From: an uncultured Bacilli bacterium
Lineage (GTDB): Bacteria; Bacillota_I; Bacilli_A; RF39; UBA660
DNA length: 53,410 nucleotides
Reading direction: 5' to 3'
Assembly: GCA_947591455.1 (NCBI GenBank)
Contig: CANQDC010000002.1
Location: 1 to 53,410, forward strand
Made by a program: the position numbers and the translations under genes. Under the pieces are notes generated by a model. The model made no database searches and was not told where the DNA came from. It worked only from the letters and a program-made list of their open reading frames with translations. Of the stretch, positions 19,654-29,890 are shown one piece after another. Position 1 is the stretch's first letter, and each line of letters opens with the position of its first letter.

Positions 19654-21573
19654 CTATATATCTAATTCATTAAATTCATGACCATGTTCCTCAATATATT
19701 GTTTTCTTGGTAAAACATCATCACCCATAAAATCACTAATAATTTTATCCGCTTCCATCGCATCTTCTACAGTAACTCTTCTTAAAATACGATTTTCAAT
19801 ATGCATAGTCGTATCTCTTAAATCTTCCGCATCCATTTCTCCTAAACCTTTAAAACGATTAACAATTGGTTTAGCATTTGCTGGTAATTGAGAACGATAT
19901 TCTTCCAATTCTTCTTCCGTTTGAACATAAGTAGTATTTTTTCCATAAGTAATACGAAATAACGGTGGTTGAGCAACATAGACATATCCACCCTCTATAA
20001 TTGGTCTAAAAAAGCGATAAAATAAAGTTAACAACAAAATTTGAATATGAGATCCATCAACATCGGCATCCGTCATGATAATAATTTTATGATATCTTAA
20101 TTTTTCAATATCAAATTCATCTCCAATACCGGTACCAAAAGCCGTAATCATAGTTCTTATTTCTTCATTAGATAATGCTCTATCAAGACGAGCCTTTTCA
20201 ACATTTAATATTTTCCCACGTAAAGGTAAAATAGCTTGTGTTTTAGGCATTCTAGCACTTTTTGCCGATCCCCCTGCACTATCTCCTTCGACAATAAATA
20301 TCTCCGAAATAGAAGCATCTTTACTTGTACAATCAGCAAGTTTTCCTAACGTATTTATAGAATCTAAAACTGTTTTTCTTCTTGTAATTTCACGAGCTTT
20401 TTTAGCAGCCAGACGAGCATGTAAAGCCGTCATTGACTTATCCACAATCAATTTTGCTTCATTTGGATTTTCCATTAAAAATCTTTCAAAACCCTCAGAA
20501 AAAACATCATCGGCTATTTTTCTTACTTCACTATTACCAAGCTTTGTTTTGGTTTGCCCTTCAAATTGAGGATCCGGATGTTTACAAGAAATAATCATAG
20601 TAAGACCTTCTCGAACATCCTCTCCAGTTAAGGCATCATCGCTATCTTTTAATATTTTCGCATTTTTTGCATAGTTATTAATAATACGAGTTAAAGCTCT
20701 TTTGACTCCATCTTCGTGCGTTCCACCTTCATACGTATTAATATTATTTGTAAAAGAATAAAGATTTGCATTATAAGAATCATTATATTGCATAGCCACT
20801 TCGATTTCGATGCCATCTTCCGTTCCTTCAACATATATTACTTCATCGTGTAAGATTTTTTTATTTTTATTAAGCATTTTTACATATTCAATAATACCGC
20901 CATTATATAAAAACTCATCTTTTTTATCTTCTTCTCGTTCATCAATTAAGATAATACGGATTCCTTTATTTAAAAAGGCAAGTTCTTGTAAACGCTTTGC
21001 TAAGGTATCATAGTTATAAACAGTGGTTTCAGTGAATATTTCTGGATCTGCTTTAAACGTAACAGTCGTTCCTGTTCTATTTTCTTCACAAGTACCAATT
21101 TCTTTCAACGGTTCAACAGGATGGCCACCATTTTCAAATTTTTGATAAAAAATCTTTCCATCTCTATAAATAGTAACTTCAAGCCATGTAGATAAAGCAT
21201 TTACAACACTGGCTCCTACTCCATGAAGTCCTCCACTAACTTTATAGCCACCGCCACCAAATTTTCCTCCGGCATGAAGCACCGTAAAAATAGTTTCAAC
21301 AGTTGATAACCCGGTTTTTTGATTAATTCCAGTTGGCATTCCTCTACCATCATCTTTTACGGTAATGACATTGCCTTTACCAATAACAACTTCAATATCA
21401 TCACAATAACCAGCTAAGGCTTCATCAATAGCATTATCCACAATTTCCCAAACTAAATGATGTAATCCCTTTTCACTAGTTGTTCCAATATACATTCCGG
21501 GACGTTTTCTTACAGCTTCTAATCCTTCCAATACTTGAATATCACTATCATCATAATGTTTACTTTCACCCAT
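19654..21573 (-). CDS. gyrB: DNA gyrase subunit B
   Basis: 639 aa with [33 protein letters not shown] and [12 protein letters not shown]. Confidence 0.97.
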   Translation of the reverse strand: MGESKHYDDSDIQVLEGLEAVRKRPGMYIGTTSEKGLHHLVWEIVDNAIDEALAGYCDDIEVVIGKGNVITVKDDGRGMPTGINQKTGLSTVETIFTVLHAGGKFGGGGYKVSGGLHGVGASVVNALSTWLEVTIYRDGKIFYQKFENGGHPVEPLKEIGTCEENRTGTTVTFKADPEIFTETTVYNYDTLAKRLQELAFLNKGIRIILIDEREEDKKDEFLYNGGIIEYVKMLNKNKKILHDEVIYVEGTEDGIEIEVAMQYNDSYNANLYSFTNNINTYEGGTHEDGVKRALTRIINNYAKNAKILKDSDDALTGEDVREGLTMIISCKHPDPQFEGQTKTKLGNSEVRKIADDVFSEGFERFLMENPNEAKLIVDKSMTALHARLAAKKAREITRRKTVLDSINTLGKLADCTSKDASISEIFIVEGDSAGGSAKSARMPKTQAILPLRGKILNVEKARLDRALSNEEIRTMITAFGTGIGDEFDIEKLRYHKIIIMTDADVDGSHIQILLLTLFYRFFRPIIEGGYVYVAQPPLFRITYGKNTTYVQTEEELEEYRSQLPANAKPIVNRFKGLGEMDAEDLRDTTMHIENRILRRVTVEDAMEADKIISDFMGDDVLPRKQYIEEHGHEFNELDI

Positions 21574-22667
21574 TATATAACCTCCTCTAACACTCCATTA
21601 ACAACATGATACTTCTTATATTCTTTATTTATTAATAAAGAAGTAAGTTTTTCAATTTCCGTTGTAGTAATAAAAGTTTGAATATCCTCTTCAATAAATT
21701 TCAAAATATTTTTTATCTTTTCTAGATCTAATTCGCTTAATAAATCATCTAGAATTAATATTGGAGTAATACCTTTATTTTCTTTTAACATAGAAATTTC
21801 ACTAAATTTCCATGAAATGACTGCATTTTTTTGTTGTCCTTCAGACCCAAAATCTTTCAAATCAAAATCTTCTAACAAAAATACATAATCATCATGGTGA
21901 ATGCCTATATTTGTTTTTCCTAACAATAAATCACGTTTCAAATTTTTATGATATAAATTTAACAAATCTTCTCGTGATTTATGATCATATTCACTTATAT
22001 ATTTAACATATAAATTGGACTTCCCAGTAATTTCTTCATAAATATCGGTAATAAAACCATTCATTTGTTCTATATAAGTTCTTCTTTGTTCATAAATTTC
22101 CATTCCTAAATCCACTAATTTTTCAGTAAGAACTTGCAGATAGGATTGTAGAGAATTCCCATTTAAATACATTTTTTTTAAATAAGCATTGCGAATTTTC
22201 AATAATTTATTATAGTCTCCTAAAAGCTTTAAATAATCAACATGCAATTGCGAGATGGCTATATTTAAATATTTTCTCCTTATACTTGGTGTATCTTTTA
22301 TCATTTTTAAATCATTAGGATTAAATAATACAATATTTATTTTTGATACATATTCACTAATTTTCGTAATTTTTGTTTTATCAATTTTTACTTTTTTTCC
22401 TTCATTTGTAATCACCACTCGATATGTATTTTTATACTTATTTTGTATAATTCCTTCTATACGAGTTAGATTTGTACCATTCTTTATTAATATTTTATCA
22501 TTTACCTGTTTAAAACTTCTTGTCAATGCTAATACATAAATAGATTCGATTAAATTTGTTTTCCCACTTCCATTTTCCCCATAAAGTATATTTAAATGTT
22601 TATCAAATTGTACAGATAATTGATTATAGTTTCGAAAATTAAGTAACTTTAATTCTTGTATTTGCAT
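21573..22667 (-). CDS. recF: DNA replication and repair protein RecF
   Basis: LKLLNFRNY...[14 protein letters not shown] plus SEGQQK and [11 protein letters not shown]. The stop TAA shares its final A with the gyrB ATG. Confidence 0.95.
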   Translation of the reverse strand: MQIQELKLLNFRNYNQLSVQFDKHLNILYGENGSGKTNLIESIYVLALTRSFKQVNDKILIKNGTNLTRIEGIIQNKYKNTYRVVITNEGKKVKIDKTKITKISEYVSKINIVLFNPNDLKMIKDTPSIRRKYLNIAISQLHVDYLKLLGDYNKLLKIRNAYLKKMYLNGNSLQSYLQVLTEKLVDLGMEIYEQRRTYIEQMNGFITDIYEEITGKSNLYVKYISEYDHKSREDLLNLYHKNLKRDLLLGKTNIGIHHDDYVFLLEDFDLKDFGSEGQQKNAVISWKFSEISMLKENKGITPILILDDLLSELDLEKIKNILKFIEEDIQTFITTTEIEKLTSLLINKEYKKYHVVNGVLEEVI

Positions 22668-22692
22668 TTTTAGCCTCTTTTACGCCAGTATA

Positions 22693-22730
22693 ATAAAAAT
22701 AATAGGTATTTATGTACTCCTATACCTATT
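22693..22730 (-). terminator. hairpin terminator after the comK-like gene
   Basis: AATAGGTAT-12 nt-ATACCTATT is followed by ATTTTTATT on the minus strand. Confidence 0.5.
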
Positions 22731-22745
22731 AAAATTATAACACAC

Positions 22746-23210
22746 CTAAGCATTTTTTTGAACTTTTTTTTCTAATTTTCGTCCATTTAAGATGGATTCA
22801 AGTCTAGTGGCTCTTAAGACTTGATTATCTACAATTCCATATGTAGTATCTAAACATATTTTTTCACCATTTTTGAATTCGACGATCAGTTGATTTTGGG
22901 AATAATAATAACGTTCTATAGAACTCACGCGAATCCAAGAACAGGTAGAAAGTCTTGGAGAAGAAGTCGGAAAAAAGATAATACTTTTTGTTTCTTCGAC
23001 AATAATTGGAGCTTTATAAGATACGCCAATTAGTTTTTCAGTTCCTTTTTTTCTTCCTGCTAAGGAACTTCCAAAATACATGCAACTTTCTTCCATAATT
23101 TCATTCGCACATTTATTCACAATGAAATTATCATTTTCCTCATAAACTCTTGTTTTTTCTCCCATTGCATATAAGGCAACAGTATTATTATTAATTTCAT
23201 AATTTTCCAT
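22746..23210 (-). CDS. comK: ComK-family competence transcription factor homologue (154 aa)
   Basis: CMYFGSSLAGRKKGTEKLIGVSYKAPIIVEETKSIIFFPTSSPRLSTCSWI parallels B. subtilis ComK CRFFGSSYAGRKAGT...HKPPIMV...IFLFPTLS...CGWI. Confidence 0.8.
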   Translation of the reverse strand: MENYEINNNTVALYAMGEKTRVYEENDNFIVNKCANEIMEESCMYFGSSLAGRKKGTEKLIGVSYKAPIIVEETKSIIFFPTSSPRLSTCSWIRVSSIERYYYSQNQLIVEFKNGEKICLDTTYGIVDNQVLRATRLESILNGRKLEKKVQKNA

Positions 23211-23301
23211 TCAAATTCACCCCCTAACCCTGGAAAATTGTTTATTAGATTAACAAAGCAAAAAAGAAAGAATTGTCGAAAAAAAGAAAAAACTTACAAT
23301 T

Positions 23302-24420
23302 TTAGTAAGTTTTTATTGGTAAAATTAATTGAATTAAAGATTCATCTGTTAAAGATTTAATAACAATAGGTTTTACATCATTTGTAAGTAATAATAATAT
23401 TTCATCTTCTTTAATGGTTCTTAAGGCTTCTAACATATATTTAGAACTAAAAGATATATCAATATTTGCACTTTGATCTGTATCAACAAATAATTTTTCT
23501 TCTACTTTTCCTATTTCAGAAGCATAAGAATTAATAATCATTTCTTTATTTTCTATTTTCATTTTAATAATGTTTTTATCTTTTCCTTGAGTAAGTAAAG
23601 CCGCCCGATCTACACTAGCCATAAAATCATCTTTATTCACTTTAGCGATAATCCCAAATTCCGTAGGTATTAAATTTGTAGTATTTGGATACGTACCAGA
23701 AAGAAGATTCGTTTGAAATTTTATATTTTTATATTTAAACAATACTTTATTATTAAAAATATGCATTTCGACATTTTCATCATCTGTAATAATCTTTTCT
23801 AATTCAATGATATTTTTCCCAGGAATAACGATGTTAATATCAGAGGTTACTGGAGTGGATAACTTAATATTTTTCTTAGCTAATCTATAAGAATCAGTAG
23901 CAATAAACACTAAGATATCCCCTGTAATATTCACATTAATACCTGTTAATAAAGGTCTTAACTCTTGTGTTGATATAGCAAAAACCGTTTGATTAATTAA
24001 TGATTTTAAAATATCTCCCTTTAATACGATTGGATCTTTATGTTCCTCTATTCTCATATTTGGATAATCATTGGCATCCAAACAATTTAAATTATATTGA
24101 TTATTATCTGTATAAATTCGAATCTTTAAACGATCTATAACTTCAAAGTAAATAATATCACTAGGCATTTTTCTAATAATATCTACTATATATTTACTTT
24201 GAATAACAATCGTTCCAGTACTTTCAATATTTTTAATTTCTTTTGCATCGATAAAAGCATTAATAGTAAGTTCACTATCACTAGCAGTTAAGGATAATCC
24301 TTCATTAGTTAAATCAAATTTAATACCATTTAATACGGGAATAACATTTTTAGTAGAAACCCCTTTGATTACATTATTTAAATTTTCTAATAAAATATTT
24401 TTATTAATAGTAAATTTCAT
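23302..24420 (-). CDS. dnaN: DNA polymerase III beta sliding clamp
   Basis: MKFTINKNILLENLNNVIKGVS...ATDSYRLA.... ATG at 24420 has a GAAGGA SD. The track's extension to 24477 covers DnaA-box DNA. Confidence 0.95.
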   Translation of the reverse strand: MKFTINKNILLENLNNVIKGVSTKNVIPVLNGIKFDLTNEGLSLTASDSELTINAFIDAKEIKNIESTGTIVIQSKYIVDIIRKMPSDIIYFEVIDRLKIRIYTDNNQYNLNCLDANDYPNMRIEEHKDPIVLKGDILKSLINQTVFAISTQELRPLLTGINVNITGDILVFIATDSYRLAKKNIKLSTPVTSDINIVIPGKNIIELEKIITDDENVEMHIFNNKVLFKYKNIKFQTNLLSGTYPNTTNLIPTEFGIIAKVNKDDFMASVDRAALLTQGKDKNIIKMKIENKEMIINSYASEIGKVEEKLFVDTDQSANIDISFSSKYMLEALRTIKEDEILLLLTNDVKPIVIKSLTDESLIQLILPIKTY

Positions 24421-24465
24421 ATTTTTTCCTTCTTTCTTTTCTATTATAATATTTATAATACTGTT

Positions 24466-24563
24466 GATACTGTGCATAAGTTGTTTTTTTATTTAAATTT
24501 CCTTATTAAAAACTTCTTTTTGAAAGTGAATAAATTGTTTATTTAAATGTAACTTATTCACAA
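24466..24563. other. dnaA-dnaN spacer carrying DnaA-box-like 9-mers (possible second oriC module)
   Basis: TGTGCATAA (24471-24479; reverse complement TTATGCACA) and TTATTCACA (24554-24562). The latter forms an inverted pair with GTGAATAA (24527-24534). The rest of the spacer is AT-rich. Confidence 0.45.
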
Positions 24564-25916
24564 TTAAATTCGACTTTTGATTTCATTAATTTCTAATTCT
24601 AATTGTTTATTGACTTTTAAATCACTTTCAATTTTATCACAAGCGTGAATAACTGTGGAATGATCTCTTCCTCCAAATTCTAATCCAATTCTAGGAAAAG
24701 TTTCATCAGTAAGCATTCTCGATAAATACATTCCAATTTGTCTTGGATAAGCAATTTTATTACTTCTTTTCTTCCCTTTTAAATCTTCAATCGTAATATT
24801 ATAAAATTCTGATACAACTTTTTGAATATTTTGAATACTATTTTCAGAATAAATATTTTTATTGACAAAATCCTTTAAAGCTTCATTCGTAAATTCTAAA
24901 TCGATTTTATCAGGTACAATCATGGCTGTATAGGCCATTAACCTGTTTAAAGCTCCTTCCAAAAAACGCACGTCATTGGGACAACTATTTGCAATAAATT
25001 CAATCACCGTATCATCTAATTTATCCGCAATACTAGTATTTTTGATCTTTTGTTTAATAATTCGACATCTTAAATCAAAATCTGGCGGATAGATATCAAC
25101 AGGTAGTCCCCACATAAATCGACTTCGTAAACGTTCCTCTAAGATTTTTAAATCATCTGGACTTCGGTCAGAACTTATAATAATTTGTTTATTTGCTTGA
25201 TGTAAAGCATTAAAGGTATGGAAAAATTCTTGTTGGGTTTTCTCCGCTCCTACTAAATATTGTATATCATCAATGATTAATACATCCACATTACGATATT
25301 TATTTTTAAAATTATTCGCATAATCGATAGAATTCTGTCCTTTTTCTAAATTAGCAATTCCGGTATAATCATTCATAAACATATCACTAGTCGTATATAA
25401 TACTTTTTTATTACTGTGTTGCGAAATAAAATTGCCAATTGCATGCATTAAATGAGTTTTTCCTAATCCACTTTTTCCATAAATAAATAAAGGATTATGA
25501 ATCTTTCCGGGCTGCTCTGCTACGGCCATACCTGCAACTTTAGCTAACCTATTGGTATCTCCAACAATAAAGTTATCAAAATTGAGGGAAGGATTTAAAT
25601 TACTTTCCCATATTTCATCTGTTTTAGTAGTTTCCATATTGATAGATCGTTTTTCAGTAGTTGGAGATACTTCATTTTCTAACACAAATTTAATATCATA
25701 ATTAATTCCTGTTATTTTAAATAAGTTTTCTTCAATTAACGAATAGTAATTATCCCCTAAAATCTTTTTATGTATTTCCATTGGTACTTGAATGGTAATG
25801 GAATCATTATCAATTTTCACAACTTTTAAATCATGAAACCAAGCATGAAAAGAGGCTGGATTGATTTCGTTTTGAATCGTATCTAAAAAAGATTGCCAAA
25901 GATCTTTAACTAACAA
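24564..25916 (-). CDS. dnaA: chromosomal replication initiator DnaA
   Basis: 450 aa with NPLFIYGKSGLGKTHLMHAIGN, LIIDDIQYL and the C-terminal KIAYPRQIGMYLSRMLT...GGRDHSTVIHA. TTG start. Confidence 0.97.
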   Translation of the reverse strand: MLVKDLWQSFLDTIQNEINPASFHAWFHDLKVVKIDNDSITIQVPMEIHKKILGDNYYSLIEENLFKITGINYDIKFVLENEVSPTTEKRSINMETTKTDEIWESNLNPSLNFDNFIVGDTNRLAKVAGMAVAEQPGKIHNPLFIYGKSGLGKTHLMHAIGNFISQHSNKKVLYTTSDMFMNDYTGIANLEKGQNSIDYANNFKNKYRNVDVLIIDDIQYLVGAEKTQQEFFHTFNALHQANKQIIISSDRSPDDLKILEERLRSRFMWGLPVDIYPPDFDLRCRIIKQKIKNTSIADKLDDTVIEFIANSCPNDVRFLEGALNRLMAYTAMIVPDKIDLEFTNEALKDFVNKNIYSENSIQNIQKVVSEFYNITIEDLKGKKRSNKIAYPRQIGMYLSRMLTDETFPRIGLEFGGRDHSTVIHACDKIESDLKVNKQLELEINEIKSRI

Positions 25917-26007
25917 ATTCCATCACCCCACTTGCTTTGTTATCATTAACCAATTTCATTGTAGCTCAAAGTTTTTTAATTGAAAAGTAAAAAAGCAAAA
26001 TTCACAA

Positions 26008-26189
26008 TTATTCACATTGTTATCCACATAAAATTTCCTTTATTTTAATTGATTTTATTTAATTTATCAACAATATCCACAAATTTTTATTTCTTTTTTT
26101 GCACTTTGTGTATAAAAAATATCCACAAAAAATTGAATACTGTGCATAACTAAAAAAATGGACCGAAAACGAAGCAATTTTTGTGCACA
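26008..26189. other. oriC: oriC DnaA-box cluster between dnaA and rpmH
   Basis: TTATTCACA 26008-26016, TTATCCACA 26020-26028 (perfect), ATATCCACA 26073-26081, TGTGTATAA 26107-26115, ATATCCACA 26119-26127, TGTGCATAA 26141-26149 and TTGTGCACA 26181-26189. AT-rich tracts lie between them. Confidence 0.85.
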
Positions 26190-26319
26190 ATTTATAAACA
26201 ATCTATAAACTCTTTATAAAAATAAACCCTTTAAAGGACTTGGTTAAATAAATCAACTTGACTTTTTTAATTTTGTAATATTATAATAAGGAAGCTTATG
26301 TTTTAAAGGAGGAAGAAAT

Positions 26320-26445
26320 ATGAAAAGAACATATCAACCTAATACAAGAAAAAAAGCAAAAAAACATGGATTTTTTGCACGTAAAGAAACAAAAATTTTA
26401 AAAAGCAGAAGAAAAAAAGGACGTAAAAATTTAATTACAAAATAA
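26320..26445 (+). CDS. rpmH: 50S ribosomal protein L34 (41 aa; too short for the ORF track)
   Basis: [41 protein letters not shown] with an AAGGAGG SD 7 nt upstream. Confidence 0.9.
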   Translation: MKRTYQPNTRKKAKKHGFFARKETKILKSRRKKGRKNLITK

Positions 26446-26467
26446 CCACCTTTATAGTGGTTTTTTT
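26444..26467 (+). terminator. hairpin plus T-run after rpmH
   Basis: AACCAC-7 nt-GTGGTT followed by TTTTTTT. Confidence 0.55.
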
Positions 26468-26494
26468 GTTAAAATAGGTTTGGAAGGGGAGAAT

Positions 26495-26821
26495 ATGAAA
26501 AAAAGAGAAGTCATAAAAAAGAAAGAAGATTTTAATAAAATTATTCAAACTTGCCCCTATAAAAAAAATAAATACTTTACCTTATATATAAGGAAAAGAA
26601 CGATATCTGAGCCCTGCTTTGGTCTTGCCATTAGTAAAAAAGTAGGGAATGCTGTAGTTAGAAATAAATTAAAAAGACAGATTCGTTATATAATTGATCA
26701 GAATAAAGTCATCTTTTCAAAAGATAGTGATTATATTATAATGATAAAGAAAAATTGTAATAATATTCATTTTCCAGAATTAGAAAAATCTTTATTACAA
26801 TTGGTAAAGGAGAAAAAATGA
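26495..26821 (+). CDS. rnpA: ribonuclease P protein component
   Basis: FGLAISKKVGNAVVRNKLKRQIR (RNR motif). ATG at 26495 follows a GGAAGGGGAG SD. Confidence 0.9.
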   Translation: MKKREVIKKKEDFNKIIQTCPYKKNKYFTLYIRKRTISEPCFGLAISKKVGNAVVRNKLKRQIRYIIDQNKVIFSKDSDYIIMIKKNCNNIHFPELEKSLLQLVKEKK

Positions 26822-27762
26822 AAATAAAAAAAATAGCAATAATTGTAACATTAATACTTATGGGCACAACGAGTTGTGGCAGTTCAAATTATATCCAAGA
26901 TGACAAAAAAATTGTAACTAATGAAGAAACGGGTCAAAGTTTACAAAATAATATCTTATGTAAACCAACCGAAAAAGAGTTATATGATATATATGAAAAA
27001 TATAATGATCAATTAAAAACAAAATTAGAAGATTTACCAGAATGTAAAAATTTTACTCCAAATAAAATAAAATACCATGGTTTATGGGAATCATTTTTTG
27101 TAAAACCTTTAGCGTATATCATTTTGAAAATAGGTGAATTCATAAATAACTATGGAATTTCCGTTATGTTAGTTGGCTTAGGAATTCGATTAATTTTATT
27201 ACCTTTTGCTAAAAAAAGTATGGATCAATCTGAAAATATGAAAAAAGCCGCTCCTGAAATAAAAAGATTAGAAAAAAAATATGCGAATAAAACAGATAGT
27301 GAATCGATGATGATGAAGAGTCAAGAAACGATGCTTATTTATAAGAAATATAAAATTAATCCAGTATCAGGATGTTTAATTGCATTTATTCAATTACCGT
27401 TGTTCTTTGCATTTTTACAAGCCATAAATAGAGTGCCAGCTATATTTGAAGATAGTTTATTAGGAATGAAATTAGGCATGACACCATGGATTGGAATCAG
27501 TAAAGGAAACTATTTATATATTTTATTAATTATTTTAATAATACTTACTACTTACTTATCTTTTAAAAATTCAATGAAACAAACCGAAATTAATAGTGAA
27601 ATGGAAAGACAAATGCAATTTTCTTTAAAATTTATGATCATTATGATTTCCATTGCATCCTTTAGTTTACCAACTGCGATTGCCTTATATTGGGTGGTAA
27701 CAAATGGTTTTATTGTTATACAAAATTATGTTTTTAAAAAATTAAATGAAAGAAAAAAATAA
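26818..27762 (+). CDS. yidC: YidC/SpoIIIJ membrane protein insertase (lipoprotein)
   Basis: Lipobox ...MGTTSCGSS, then PLAYIILK...LLPF, YKKYKINPVSGCL and LPTAIALYWVVTN. Confidence 0.9.
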   Translation: MKIKKIAIIVTLILMGTTSCGSSNYIQDDKKIVTNEETGQSLQNNILCKPTEKELYDIYEKYNDQLKTKLEDLPECKNFTPNKIKYHGLWESFFVKPLAYIILKIGEFINNYGISVMLVGLGIRLILLPFAKKSMDQSENMKKAAPEIKRLEKKYANKTDSESMMMKSQETMLIYKKYKINPVSGCLIAFIQLPLFFAFLQAINRVPAIFEDSLLGMKLGMTPWIGISKGNYLYILLIILIILTTYLSFKNSMKQTEINSEMERQMQFSLKFMIIMISIASFSLPTAIALYWVVTNGFIVIQNYVFKKLNERKK

Positions 27763-27779
27763 GAAAGGTAGTAAAAAAT

Positions 27780-28391
27780 ATGTCAGAAGTTGAAATAGAA
27801 GCAAAATCAAAAGAGGAAGCAATAAGAAAAGTAAAAGAAATTTTAAATGCCAATGATTCGGAATTTATTTATCATATTACAGAAATAAAAGGAAAATTAT
27901 TTAAAGGTACATCCTATAAAATAAAAGCCATTACGCTACAAGCACTTACGGAGCATGTAATGGAATTTTTAGAGAAAATTACTAAAAATTTAGGATTACA
28001 TCCAACTATCGAAGCGAAAGTCAATGATCATAAAATAGAAGTGCAAATGAGTTCTGAAAATAATAAAATTTTAATTGGCAAAAATGGTCAAACCTTAAAA
28101 GCATTAGAAACCTTAGCCAAACAATTTATTTTTAATAATTATAAATATTATGTAAGTATATATATAGATGTCGAAAATTATAGAGAAAAACGCATAAAAA
28201 ATATTGAATATTTAGCTAAGAAAACAGCTAAAGAAGTAATGGCAACAAATATAGAAGTGAAATTAGAAAATATGAATTCTTTTGAAAGAAGAATTGTGCA
28301 TAATGCTTTAACAAATTTTAAAGGAGTAACTACGATTAGCGAAGGAGAAGATCCAAATCGACATGTAATAATTAAACCTATTGAAAAATAA
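27780..28391 (+). CDS. jag: Jag/KhpB RNA-binding protein (Jag_N, KH, R3H)
   Basis: LIGKNGQTLKALE (KH) and MNSFERRIVHNAL (R3H). It lies downstream of yidC. Confidence 0.85.
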   Translation: MSEVEIEAKSKEEAIRKVKEILNANDSEFIYHITEIKGKLFKGTSYKIKAITLQALTEHVMEFLEKITKNLGLHPTIEAKVNDHKIEVQMSSENNKILIGKNGQTLKALETLAKQFIFNNYKYYVSIYIDVENYREKRIKNIEYLAKKTAKEVMATNIEVKLENMNSFERRIVHNALTNFKGVTTISEGEDPNRHVIIKPIEK

Positions 28392-28406
28392 ACAATAGGT
28401 TTTTTT
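28377..28406 (+). terminator. intrinsic terminator of the rnpA-yidC-jag unit
   Basis: CCTATTG-9 nt-CAATAGG followed by T7. The stem includes the last jag codons. Confidence 0.6.
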
Positions 28407-28410
28407 AGTC

Positions 28411-28436
28411 AAAATTATTTCCCGGGAAATAATTTT
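28411..28436. other. 26-bp perfect palindrome with an NBS core ATTTCCCGGGAAAT, intergenic
   Basis: AAAATTATTTCCCGGGAAATAATTTT is identical to 11645-11670. It lies between the jag terminator and a TTACTA-17-TATAAT promoter for mnmE. Confidence 0.6.
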
Positions 28437-28523
28437 ATGGCTAATTTTTCTTTAAAAAACTTCTTTCATTTACTAATTAGTAATTTACGTGATATAATAA
28501 CCCGCGAAAGGAAGACTAAAAAA

Positions 28524-29873
28524 ATGGAAGAATCAATTGCAGCTATTTCTACAGCTATAGGAAAAGGAGCTATTTCAATTGTGCGCGTAAGTGGAGTAGA
28601 TGCTTTATCAATTGTAAATAAAATATTTAAAGGGAAAGATTTAACAAAAGTCAAATCTCATACCATTCATTACGGATTTATTATGGATCATAATGAAGAG
28701 ATTGATGAAGTTTTAGTTATGGTAATGCTCGCTCCAAATACGTATACTAGAGAGGATATAGTAGAAATTAATTGTCATGGAGGAATTTCTACTACAAATA
28801 AAATTTTAAATTTATTAATCGATAATGGTGCTCGATTAGCAGAACCTGGTGAATTTACCAAACGAGCTTTTTTAAATGGAAGAATTAACTTGGCGGAAGC
28901 AGAAGCAGTCAGTGATTTAATTAATTCCAAAAGTGATAAACAACGTTCCTTAGCAATGAACAGTATAAATGGTCGTTTAACCAAAATAATCAAAACAATT
29001 CGTGAAAATATGTTAAATATACTCGCCAATATTGCTGTGAATATTGATTATCCAGAATATGATGATGTTCCTGAAATGACTCAAGAAAATTTAAAAAAAA
29101 GTTTGTTAAAAGTTCAAAGTGATTTACAAGTAATGTTAAAGAATGCTGAAATAGGTAAGATAATAAAAGAAGGATTAGATGTTGCTCTAGTAGGTCGTCC
29201 TAATGTTGGAAAAAGTAGTTTATTAAATGCTTTATTAAATGAAGATAAAGCCATAGTTACCAATATTTCGGGGACAACGAGAGATTTAATTGAAGGAACA
29301 ACAAATATAGCAGGAATTTCTTTAAATTTAATCGATACAGCAGGTATTCATCAAACAGATGATATTATTGAACAAATGGGAGTGAAGAAAAGTAAAGAAA
29401 TCATTTCCAAAGCCGATTTAATAATTTTTGTCTTAAATAATAATGAAGAACTAGAAAAAGAAGACGAAGAAATATATGATCAAATAAAAACGAAAACGCA
29501 TTTAATTTTTGTAAATAAAAGCGATTTAGAACAAAAAATAAAAATTCCAAAGAATTGGGAATATATTTTAGGAAATACTACAGAATTAAATGGATTAGAA
29601 GAATTAAAAAATAAAATTATTCAAATGTATCATTTAGATCAAATAGATGCAAAAGAAAATACCTATTTATCAAATATTAGACAAGTTCATTTAGCCAAAG
29701 AATCATTACAAAATATTCAAGATGCTTTAAATGATATTCAAAAAAATATTCCAATCGATATGATAGAAATATACATAAGGAATGCATGGGAAAAATTAGG
29801 TTTGTTGATTGGCGAAACATATGAAGATGAATTAATTGATAAATTGTTTAAAAATTTCTGCTTAGGAAAATAA
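28524..29873 (+). CDS. mnmE: tRNA modification GTPase MnmE (TrmE)
   Basis: IAAISTAIGKGAISIVRVSG, GRPNVGKSSLLNAL, DTAG and the C-terminal FCLGK. ATG at 28524 is preferred. The track's start at 28437 abuts the palindrome. Confidence 0.93.
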   Translation: MEESIAAISTAIGKGAISIVRVSGVDALSIVNKIFKGKDLTKVKSHTIHYGFIMDHNEEIDEVLVMVMLAPNTYTREDIVEINCHGGISTTNKILNLLIDNGARLAEPGEFTKRAFLNGRINLAEAEAVSDLINSKSDKQRSLAMNSINGRLTKIIKTIRENMLNILANIAVNIDYPEYDDVPEMTQENLKKSLLKVQSDLQVMLKNAEIGKIIKEGLDVALVGRPNVGKSSLLNALLNEDKAIVTNISGTTRDLIEGTTNIAGISLNLIDTAGIHQTDDIIEQMGVKKSKEIISKADLIIFVLNNNEELEKEDEEIYDQIKTKTHLIFVNKSDLEQKIKIPKNWEYILGNTTELNGLEELKNKIIQMYHLDQIDAKENTYLSNIRQVHLAKESLQNIQDALNDIQKNIPIDMIEIYIRNAWEKLGLLIGETYEDELIDKLFKNFCLGK

Positions 29874-29890
29874 GGAAAGTAGGTGAGAAT

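Noticed and set aside
11645-28436. The 26-bp palindromes as miniature mobile elements (MITE/REP) or simple terminators.
   Set aside because: I saw no conserved flanks or target duplications. One copy is in-frame within a CDS, where a terminator would be harmful, and neither has a T-run. The centre matches the known Noc-binding sequence and a Noc-type gene is nearby. Only a genome-wide count can settle it.
28437-28523. The N-terminal 29-aa extension of MnmE starting right after the NBS palindrome.
   Set aside because: It has no SD. The region contains a TTACTA-17-TATAAT promoter and an AAGGAAG SD for the ATG at 28524, where MnmE homology starts.
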